Source: Candidatus Marinacidobacterales bacterium | GTDB taxonomy: Bacteria; Acidobacteriota; Vicinamibacteria; Marinacidobacterales; DATDRI01 | Assembly (NCBI GenBank): GCA_965219415.1 | Contig: OZ244742.1 | Location: forward strand, 1,344,001 to 1,408,000 | Direction of reading: 5' to 3' | Length of the DNA: 64,000 bases | Shown here: positions 55,874 through 64,000 of the stretch, piece by piece | How positions within the stretch are numbered: the stretch's first letter is position 1 | Layout of the letters: each line of letters begins with the position of its first letter | Made by a program: the position numbers and the translations under genes | The notes under the pieces: model-generated | What the model was told of the DNA's origin: nothing | The model's database searches: none | What the model saw: the letters and a program-made list of their open reading frames with translations, nothing else

Positions 55874-58066
55874 CTATTGCCCCAGCTCCCGGAGTTTCCT
55901 CTCCGCCAACGGCATCACTCGCGGCCCGTCGTTCGATTGGACGGTCGCTTCAGGAAACTGGAGGGCCTGTTGGAACATGCGGACGGCCTCGGCCTTCTCA
56001 TCGAGGCGCTCATAAGAAACGCCCGTGTAGTAGTAGACCGTCCCCTGCGATATCCCCGGTTCCGAGGGGAGCGTTATTCGAGGAAGGTGCTCGCGGAGCG
56101 CGGTTTCGTAGTTACCCAGCTCCATGTGACAGAGCGCCAAGTTGAGACGGGCAAGGGGCTCGACTGATGGCTCCACCACCATCCGATGCCTGAGATCGAT
56201 GATCGCCTTGTTATAGAGGAAGTCGGGGCGATTCATGGGAATCTCCAACGGGGTCATCCCCACAGAGATTTGAGCGTCCCGAGAAGCCCCCTGCCTCTGT
56301 AGTCTTACCGACAAGGTGTCGCCCGGCTCTTTCGCAACCACTTTCGAAAGAAGTGTCGGCGTATCGTTCACCGGCTGGCCGTCGACATCCACGATGACGT
56401 CCCCCAGCTCGATACCCGCCTGATCTGCCGGTCCGTTGGGGCCAATCTTGAGAACGGTGGGCCCGCCGCCGAGGTGGGTGTCTACGCTTTGAAGACCGAT
56501 CCAGCTGCCGTGGATCGGAGTCGAGCTGGACAGCACCTCCACGAAAGCGGGCATGGCCCCCTGATCCAAATAGTTGAGACTATAGATGTCCGGCGCCGTG
56601 GAGCCGGTTGCCCAGAGGTTGAAGACCACATCTTTCGTTAGCTTTTGCGCCTGGACGTACCCAACCAACAAGGCTTCGACCTCAAGCGACTCGCCGACCT
56701 TCTCCGACAGATCGCGAGCGAGCTCGGGGTCCGCTTGCGAAAGTTCCCCGGCAACGTCCTTGGACACGAACTTCATGAGCCCGTCCCGCCCCAGCAGGTC
56801 GATCGCCTGCTCAGCCGAGACCTGGATGAGGTTCATCGCCGTGAGCTTCTGCAGCTCTGCCGTTACGTTCGTGCGCACATCCTCTAGATCCCGGTTCGAA
56901 ACTCCCGGTTCGACGGCTATGCCGAAGAAGGCGAGGCTCGGGCGAATCGGGCACTCCAGTGACAGATCCTCGTCCCTACCTAACTCGATGTCTGCCACGT
57001 ACTTGCCGGTGGGGTGCTTGACCTCCACGTGGTGAGGACCGGAACAAACCCGGCCGAGGTCGAGCGGGGTATTGCCCTTGTACTCTCCGTCGATGAACAC
57101 ACGCGCCCCGTCCGGGGTGCTGGTCATCCTGAGCTGGCCTATCGAGTCCTCCAGTCGGATGATCTGTGCCGTGTAATCCTTCGGCTCTTCGGCCTCGAAC
57201 GCGATCTGAACCGATTCATAGCAGTCCCGGCGAAACTCCACGGTGTGCCGACCGACCCGAAGCGCGGCCAGGTCAAAAGGAGCGGACAGTTGCTCGACAT
57301 CGTACTCGGCGGGCATGAAACTCCGAAGGTCCGGGGGGAGGTTCCCCGCCGTCTTTCCGACAAGCTCGCCGTCGACCCAGACTTCGACGTCGGAGGGCTG
57401 GGTGATGATTGGAAGCTTGGCACTGTTCCGAACCAGCGTGACATCGATCGTCCTGGTTTCGCCAGGGAGGATATCCACCTCCGCCCTGGAGACCGGATCG
57501 TGCCCAACGAGCTCGATTTCTACCGCTGCGATACCGGTATGAACCTCGACCGGGAAGAAGTTGGTGATTCCCACCAAGTCACCATTCACCGTAACCCGGG
57601 CTCCGGGAGGTTCGGAGTTCACGGCGATGAATCCGACTAACCTCTTCTTCTGATCTTCGAAGAAGTCGATGATTTTCGGCGAGAGCTGCTCCTGATCGAG
57701 AGCATAGCGGGGATTGGCGAGGATGAGCTGGCGGAAGTCATCGGCCGCCCCCTGGACCTGGCCGGCGTTGAAGTAGGCCCGAGCCCGGTGTTCGAAGGAT
57801 CGTTGCTGCAACTCCTTCAATTCGTCCGAGATTTGGTCCCGCATGCGTCGCTCGTCATCGATCGCCTGGACGATTTGAGTAAGGAATTCGATGGACTGTG
57901 ACTGCCGTTGCGGGTCCTGGAACAAGTCCATCGCTTCGGAATATTGCTGTGAAAGCTGGAACAGAAGCTCTTGATCCCCGATGGAGACCTCTTCTTGAAT
58001 CGGTGCCAGGCCGCACATCGCGAGCGCGGCAAGCCACAGTAATGGGTATCTACCGAGTCTATCGAA
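55874..58066 (-). CDS. TPR/PEGA/PDZ exported protein (start uncertain)
   Basis: SEPPGARVTVNG, STPDGARVFIDG (PEGA); GPADQAGIELGDVI (PDZ). Confidence 0.8.
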   Translation of the reverse strand, partial: FDRLGRYPLLWLAALAMCGLAPIQEEVSIGDQELLFQLSQQYSEAMDLFQDPQRQSQSIEFLTQIVQAIDDERRMRDQISDELKELQQRSFEHRARAYFNAGQVQGAADDFRQLILANPRYALDQEQLSPKIIDFFEDQKKRLVGFIAVNSEPPGARVTVNGDLVGITNFFPVEVHTGIAAVEIELVGHDPVSRAEVDILPGETRTIDVTLVRNSAKLPIITQPSDVEVWVDGELVGKTAGNLPPDLRSFMPAEYDVEQLSAPFDLAALRVGRHTVEFRRDCYESVQIAFEAEEPKDYTAQIIRLEDSIGQLRMTSTPDGARVFIDGEYKGNTPLDLGRVCSGPHHVEVKHPTGKYVADIELGRDEDLSLECPIRPSLAFFGIAVEPGVSNRDLEDVRTNVTAELQKLTAMNLIQVSAEQAIDLLGRDGLMKFVSKDVAGELSQADPELARDLSEKVGESLEVEALLVGYVQAQKLTKDVVFNLWATGSTAPDIYSLNYLDQGAMPAFVEVLSSSTPIHGSWIGLQSVDTHLGGGPTVLKIGPNGPADQAGIELGDVIVDVDGQPVNDTPTLLSKVVAKEPGDTLSVRLQRQGASRDAQISVGMTPLEIPMNRPDFLYNKAIIDLRHRMVVEPSVEPLARLNLALCHMELGNYETALREHLPRITLPSEPGISQGTVYYYTGVSYERLDEKAEAVRMFQQALQFPEATVQSNDGPRVMPLAERKLRELGQ

Positions 58067-59564
58067 ACCGGATGACTGTTTTTGCCTTATCATCATAAAC
58101 ATAGAGGGCTCCAGTCCCGTCCACATCGAGTGTCTTGGGTTTGCCGAGCGCACCGCCGCCCAAATTGCTGCCGGTGAGGAGTGCGACGAACTCGTACGAG
58201 GGATCGAACACCGCCACCTGTCCCGAGTTTTCGTCGAGCAGATAGACATACCCGGCGGGTCCCACCGCGACGTCGACGGGTTTCTTGAGGTTCCACTTCG
58301 CGCCGCGCTTCTGCAGGCGCGCGGTCCTGACACCATCGGGAGTATAGACCTGCAGACCCCGATCCTTCTTGTCCATGATTATGATGTTTCCGGAGGTATC
58401 CACTTCTAGGAGGAGCACTTCCCGAGGCGTCGTGTCGGGAAACGGACCCTTGACGTTCCCGCTGGGATCGAAGCGTAGTACTTTCTTCTGGCTTTCGTCG
58501 TAGACGTAGAGTTCGCCGAACCGATCCCGCGTCGCCGCCCTGATCTTCTCGAGTGGCTTCGGCCCCTTCTCGTCCGGAACCTTGAGCACCATCGCCCGTC
58601 CCCCGATGATCAGTGCCTTCTGGTTCGCCACTACCAGGATACCCCAAGGGTCGATCGACAACGACCGAGGATCGGCCGCCGCCTGAGTGCCGGCGAGCCT
58701 ACCGTTGTTATCGAATGTTACGACGCGCTTGTTCCCCTTTTCTAGCACATGGATCCCGGATGACGAGACCCGCACCGCCAGCACGCCCTTGAACTTCTGG
58801 ACCTGAGGATTGAAAGCGGTATCCTTCTGGAAGGAGATCGGCCGGCCGAAACGAGGATTAGCGTAGAACCGAAACACGAGCGTCAGCAGATCGAGTGCCC
58901 CTGCTGCTTCGGCGGAATCTGGCCACTGGTTTCGCGCCCGTTGTAACTCGAGCATCCCCTGAAACGGATTGCCCAATCGCACCGTACTGCGACCGATCCC
59001 CACTTGTGCACCGGGGGCGGAGCGGGAGTTGGTGTGCTCGGTCACGACCTGCGAATAGACGTCCACCGCTTCCTGCCAGCGCCCCAAACGCTCAAGGGCG
59101 AGACCGGTCGCGGTGAGGGCGGGCGCCACGAACTCGCTCTGCGGGTAGAGGCGGATCACGCGTTGGAAATTCGCCATCGCGTCGTCCAAGGCCTTCCCGC
59201 TGCGGTCGGATCGAAGGGCCACCTGACCTAGGAAGTAGTATGCGCCCGGCGCCTTGTCACCGGTGGGATAACGCTGCAACAATGCGGCGAAGCTCTGTTC
59301 CGCCTGCTCAAAATCCCTTTCGACCTCCAAGTAGTACTCGCCGATGTGTAGCATCGCGTCATCCGCGTAGTCGGTCTCGGCCATCGAACTAACGATGATT
59401 TGAAAATCGTTGAGAGCCTGCTTGTACCGCTCCTGGTTGTAGAACTGCAGACCGCTCTCCAAGTGCTTGCGGGCGATATCCGACGGCCCGTCCTGGACCG
59501 GAGCTGCCGAAACCGCGCCGCTCCAACCGAGCAAAACCAACCCAGCTATGTTACGGATGCGCAT
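58059..59564 (-). CDS. TPR (BamD/YbgF-like) plus NHL-repeat exported protein
   Basis: Signal peptide, YPxxxxAPxA TPRs and PVDVAVGPAGYVYLLD. Confidence 0.8.
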   Translation of the reverse strand: MRIRNIAGLVLLGWSGAVSAAPVQDGPSDIARKHLESGLQFYNQERYKQALNDFQIIVSSMAETDYADDAMLHIGEYYLEVERDFEQAEQSFAALLQRYPTGDKAPGAYYFLGQVALRSDRSGKALDDAMANFQRVIRLYPQSEFVAPALTATGLALERLGRWQEAVDVYSQVVTEHTNSRSAPGAQVGIGRSTVRLGNPFQGMLELQRARNQWPDSAEAAGALDLLTLVFRFYANPRFGRPISFQKDTAFNPQVQKFKGVLAVRVSSSGIHVLEKGNKRVVTFDNNGRLAGTQAAADPRSLSIDPWGILVVANQKALIIGGRAMVLKVPDEKGPKPLEKIRAATRDRFGELYVYDESQKKVLRFDPSGNVKGPFPDTTPREVLLLEVDTSGNIIIMDKKDRGLQVYTPDGVRTARLQKRGAKWNLKKPVDVAVGPAGYVYLLDENSGQVAVFDPSYEFVALLTGSNLGGGALGKPKTLDVDGTGALYVYDDKAKTVIRFR

Positions 59565-59588
59565 TATGGGAACCCCTTCTAACGATTC

Positions 59589-60576
59589 TTACCGACTCCG
59601 GCCGGTCACGTAAGTAGTCTTGCCCAGCTCCACTTCCATAACGTATTCTCTCGTCACACCCGACCATTCGAACTGAAACGTGTGCCGACCTACCACTATG
59701 GCCTTGTTGTCGAACGGGGGAGCCTCGGCGGCGACACCGTCGACGGTCAGCGTGCACTTCTCCGGGGACGCACGCACCGAGAACCTTCCCAGGGCCGGTG
59801 CGTCGATGGTCGTCGTCTCCCCTTGTTTGATTTCTGCGGTGACCGCTCTGTTCAAGAACACCTCGGGAGCGACCAGACTAACCTCGTATCGCCCCAGCAT
59901 CAACTTGACCGACGGCGAGGCGGCCCCGCTGGCCAGCGAACGACCACCCCTGACCACGGAGACGGGGTAGGAGCTTCTAACTACGAGGGTGCCCGGATCG
60001 ACCGTCGAGCTGCTTTGCGCCCCGCACCTGCTCGGGGGACATATAGTGGATGGTGCCCACCATCATTCCGCTCTTCGTGATCTGCGTCTCACCCTCGATC
60101 CGGGCGATGCCGAAGTCCATGATCTTGACCATGCCATCATCCATCCATCGTACGTTGGATGGTTTCATGTCGCGGTGAACGACTCGTTTGCGGTGAGCGA
60201 AGTCGAGGGCCTTGCAAAGCTGCCCTGTGATGTCCAGCGCCTCGGAGAAAGGAATGGACTTTTCGGCGTGGATCAAGCCGGCGAGATCTGCGCCCTCGAG
60301 ATACTCCATGACGATGTAGGGCTTTTCGTTGCCGCCGAAGTTCCCCAACTCGTAGATGGTCACGATGTTCGGATGTTGGAGCTGCGCCGCGGCCCTGGCT
60401 TCCCGTTCGAACCGCTCGCGAGAATCCGCTTCCGCGATGGCATCGGTGGTCAAGGTCTTGATGGCTACCCGCCGGTTGAGGCGGGGGTCATGGCCCTCGT
60501 AGACGTAACCCATTCCGCCGCGGCCTATCCGCCGCACGACAAAGAATTTCCCTATTCGTGGCTCGAGAGCACTCAT
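59589..60576 (-). pseudogene. Ser/Thr protein kinase with C-terminal PEGA-like domain; internal deletion near 59995
   Basis: GRGGMG, VAIK, HRDMKPSN, DFG, YMSPEQ, DGRS, then an abrupt jump to GTLVVRSS. Confidence 0.82.
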
Positions 60577-60625
60577 ATCTTCGTCTTCTCAGGAATACGA
60601 CGGTCGCGACGACCGCACCAGCCGC

Positions 60626-61411
60626 TCAAGAGGCGCCTTCGTCTTGATTGTCGCTGAAAGACAGCGCGACGGTCGTAATGTTGTCTTCTCCGCCTGACTC
60701 GTTCGCCACGTCGATGAGCCCACGAACTACCTCGTTGACTTTGAGAGCCCGGGAATTCACAACTTTCAGGATCTCACTGTCCTCTACCATCGATGTAAGT
60801 CCATCAGAACAGATCAGCAACAGGTCGCCGGCTTGAAGATCCAACACTTGTAGGTCAATCTCCAACCCTTCCTTCCCTCCCAGAGCGCGGGTAACAACGT
60901 TGCGCAGTGGGTGGGACCGCGCCTGCTCGCTATCGATAAGTCCCGACATCACCTGTTCGTTGACCCAGGAGTGATCGCTGGTCAGTTGGCGGATCGCATT
61001 GTCCCGAACTAGATAGACGCGACTATCGCCGACATGGGCGATCTGTGCTTGATTCTTGTCGAGCAGAACCGCGGCAACGGTGGTAGCCATGCCTTCATAC
61101 TCCGCGCTCTCCTGAACCCTTTCCAGCAGCTTCCGGTTGGCAAATCGGATAGCGGTCTTGAGGCGGTTTCCGGTTAAGGAGAGCTTCTCGTCGAGCCCGA
61201 AGGGCCAAGTAATATCGGCGTCAGAGCTGGTGAGCTTGATGAACTCTTCGATCGTCTCAGTAGCAAGCTCCGACGCCACCTCTCCCGCCGCATGGCCTCC
61301 CATCCCGTCGGCCACGACGTAAAGGCCTTCTTTATCGTTGGCGCAGTAGTTGTCCTCGTTCGACTTTCGCTTGCGCCCTACATCGGAGATCGAGCCGGAA
61401 TCGACCCGCAT
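60626..61411 (-). CDS. PP2C/Stp1-type Ser/Thr phosphatase
   Basis: NED, VADGMGGH, HVGDSR, CSDGL and GGEDN. Confidence 0.93.
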   Translation of the reverse strand: MRVDSGSISDVGRKRKSNEDNYCANDKEGLYVVADGMGGHAAGEVASELATETIEEFIKLTSSDADITWPFGLDEKLSLTGNRLKTAIRFANRKLLERVQESAEYEGMATTVAAVLLDKNQAQIAHVGDSRVYLVRDNAIRQLTSDHSWVNEQVMSGLIDSEQARSHPLRNVVTRALGGKEGLEIDLQVLDLQAGDLLLICSDGLTSMVEDSEILKVVNSRALKVNEVVRGLIDVANESGGEDNITTVALSFSDNQDEGAS

Positions 61412-61422
61412 ACAGAGGACAC

Positions 61423-62032
61423 CTACTTTCTCCGGGCTTTGTCCGCCGCGGCGGTCGCCTGGGACACGTGCTTCTTGAGCTCTGGATCGCTAGGAAACTG
61501 TTGGAGGCCCGACTCATAGATACGCCGGGCCCTGGTGGGAAGCCCGGACCGATGAAGCAATTCACCGAGCTCCAAATACAAATCCTTGCGCTTAGGATCC
61601 TGTTGGATGGCCTTGTTGTAGAGTTCCGCGGCCGGACGCGCCTTGGAACGATCGGTGGCCATAACTCGCGCCGCCGCGCCAGTATAGAGTGCGTTTTCCG
61701 GTTCCAGACGGCTGGCTTCGAAGAAGAACTTCCGCCTCGTTGTAGTCCTTCAGCTCCTCGCGCATGACACCATTCCTATAATATCGCTCCGCCTGCTCCT
61801 TGGGCGGCAAAGATTCCCGGGCAATCTCTTGATCGTACTCACGTCGCAGCCTCTCATCTCGAAGGTGGTTGTACGACTCGTTGATTCGCTGAATCGTCCC
61901 CGCCGCTTGCGTACGCTTCTCCGGATCTTGAAACCGATCCGGATGATTCTCGCGGGCCAGCTTCATGTAGGCCTCTTTGATTTGAGCCTTGCTCGCCGTC
62001 TTGGGTACGCCAAGAATCGCGTAATAGTCCAT
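61423..62032 (-). CDS. DnaJ-domain plus TPR protein (frameshift near 61730)
   Basis: DYYAILGV...HPD; TPR-like C-terminus. Confidence 0.82.
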
Positions 62033-62041
62033 CCCTTACCT

Positions 62042-63100
62042 CTACGCTTGAGACCGTTTCAGCTTGCCAGCCTGACGTCGCACCGCCTCGGAGACGTTAC
62101 GATCGGTTGCGAGACGCTTCAAGTCGCGCGCCGGCAGTCTTGGAAGGAGTCGCATCGTGATCTCGACCGGCGTCAACGGGTTCCTGACCAATTCGTGTGC
62201 CACTTTGTGTCGCTTGGTCCATTCTCTTTTCGCTCCGATGGCGCGTAGCACCTCGGAAGATACATTTTTCATTGCCGCGAAGCCCTCAATTTCGGAGTCG
62301 GTGAGCCGCGGACTGCTGAGCACGGCATTGTAGACTACGCGGTTTCGGTCCCGGATCAACATCCCCCTGGTCACTCGATCCCCTTTGAGGCCCTCCATCA
62401 TTTTCTCGGCCGCGGTCATTTTCACCAGACGCTGAAAATTCGTGAGCTGGGATTGGAGTTCCTCCTCGCTGATCTCCCCACCATCTCCATACTGGGCCAC
62501 GGCATCCTCGATGGTCTTCGGTGGCGGCGCCTCCTCTTCGGGAGGTCCGGTCTCCAAATCCATCAACGCCGCGGCCGCTTCGGGTGGTGGAGCCTTGGCT
62601 GACACCCCCGTTTCGCCAATCTTGAAGTCGTGTCTGAGCTCGGTGAGACGACGGCGCTGATCATGATTCAGGTTCTCGCTCGCCTCGAGTGCCTCCAGGA
62701 GCGGGATGTGACGAAGCACACGCGTCTGATTGATGACCACGATCTCAAGCAGGTTCGCTGAAAGCCGCGGGGCCATCAGTTGGATAGTCTGGTCTTCGGT
62801 TTCCGAGTTTTGCAGGATGATTTCGAGCAAGTCCGGCGCTTCCAGTCGCGTGCCGAAGAACTCTAGCACCTTTGGGCTGGCCGAACCGTCTTTCAGCACA
62901 CCCTGCAAACTCTCCGGCGGTATCGCGAGCAGGCTGGCCTCAGCTTTGTTTCGCACTTCGTCGTCTCGGTCGCGAGTCAGTAAATACAACAGCTCCGCCT
63001 GATCCATCGGTTTGAGGGGGAGCTGCCCGGCGGCCGCGGTCAAGCGGACCCCGCGGGATACTCCACCCTTGCGAAATTGGTCAACTAACGGTGAAGCCAT
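62042..63100 (-). CDS. Conserved hypothetical helical-repeat protein
   Basis: 352-aa ORF in the operon; LIRDRNRVV, LVRNPLTP. Confidence 0.75.
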   Translation of the reverse strand: MASPLVDQFRKGGVSRGVRLTAAAGQLPLKPMDQAELLYLLTRDRDDEVRNKAEASLLAIPPESLQGVLKDGSASPKVLEFFGTRLEAPDLLEIILQNSETEDQTIQLMAPRLSANLLEIVVINQTRVLRHIPLLEALEASENLNHDQRRRLTELRHDFKIGETGVSAKAPPPEAAAALMDLETGPPEEEAPPPKTIEDAVAQYGDGGEISEEELQSQLTNFQRLVKMTAAEKMMEGLKGDRVTRGMLIRDRNRVVYNAVLSSPRLTDSEIEGFAAMKNVSSEVLRAIGAKREWTKRHKVAHELVRNPLTPVEITMRLLPRLPARDLKRLATDRNVSEAVRRQAGKLKRSQA

Positions 63101-63121
63101 CTCTATCCTTCATGGGAACGC

Positions 63122-63908
63122 CTACGATGTGAAATCGGCGATATTCTCCGAGGTGATGCAGATGTTCTTTCGAACCTGCCCGGCCTGCCCCAACGGCCTG
63201 CCGACTCGGCCGTCGATCCAATAGGACACCCCGCCTGCGTTTCCCACCGACAAACAGATTTCGGCAGCCTCGAATTCCTTTCGGAACCCGACGAGCTTGA
63301 TCCCCTCGTCGACCGATTCGCCGTCGGTTTGCACTTCCAACCAACAGGGCTCTTCGATCTTCAGGGTCAGACGGAGTTTCTTGGCTGCCGGAAGATTGTC
63401 TTCGTCGGCTCGCTCCGACTCCAGCTCGTTCCTGACGAATGGTAGCCGCGCCGAGTCGGCCACCCTGCTGGTGGTCCTACTGGTTTGGCCCGCCGATTGG
63501 AACGCCTCCAACTGGCTGGGCGTCGGACCCGCTTCGGGCGCTCGCCGCCAAACCGCCGCGGCCGCGCCGCTCAAACCCACTCCCGCGATAACCAACGCCG
63601 CCCATTTGACCGCTGATGCGAGCGGGAGGTACGGCAAGGTCCGCGCCGCCGGTGATGATCCGGGTACTCTGCCACTCGTCGCGGCGAACTCGTAGGCGGT
63701 CAGTAGCCGCTTTTCGTCCAAGCCTAGATATCGTGCATAGGCCTTGACGTAGGATCGCTGATAGAAGCGGCCGGGTATAACGTCGACGCGACCGGATTCG
63801 ATCGCCTCCAGAAAACGCACTCCTACCCTTGGTTGTCTCCGCGATCTGAGCGAGACGAATTCCTCGACTCTCGCGCTCACGCTTCAGTTCGTCACCAAAC
63901 GAGAACAT
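63122..63908 (-). CDS. RodZ-like HTH/TM/DUF4115 protein (frameshift near 63830)
   Basis: SFGDELKRERE...FLEAIE...YARYLGL, TM helix, CWLEV...VGNAGG. Confidence 0.8.
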
Positions 63909-64000
63909 TTATCGAACCTTGTGGAAAGGCGAAGGGTCTATCCTCTTCGGGACGTGGTGCTTCCGGGCACACGGAACCCAGGCTAACGTCATTTTGTCAG

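Overview
GC-rich bacterial window; gene content and intergenic repeats suggest Acidobacteriota/Vicinamibacteria, which is an inference. The left arm (1-13 kb) holds a TonB-dependent receptor, glnS, gltX, an amidohydrolase, DUF72, a tandem pair of QueG-like Fe-S/cobalamin proteins and a sigma54-driven FHA protein. An accessory region (about 13.2-40.2 kb) ends at tRNA-Ala(CGC). It holds a giant adhesin-RHS polymorphic toxin gene (~14 kb, split by IS256) with a candidate immunity gene, and an HNH nuclease. Downstream of the toxin is the most striking structure: three tandem modules, each with an adhesin-gene fragment, a distinct toxin-antitoxin pair, a diverged rve/DDE integrase and a conserved 25-bp terminal motif. 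The right arm holds lolA, a secretin, TlpA, signalling genes, mpl, an LD-carboxypeptidase, YqeY, an M18 peptidase and a Ser/Thr kinase-PP2C-FHA-PEGA-TPR cluster. Many genes show frameshifts, in-frame TAG codons or internal deletions, and there is a 730-bp tandem duplication, so assembly error and real genome decay cannot be separated from the sequence alone.
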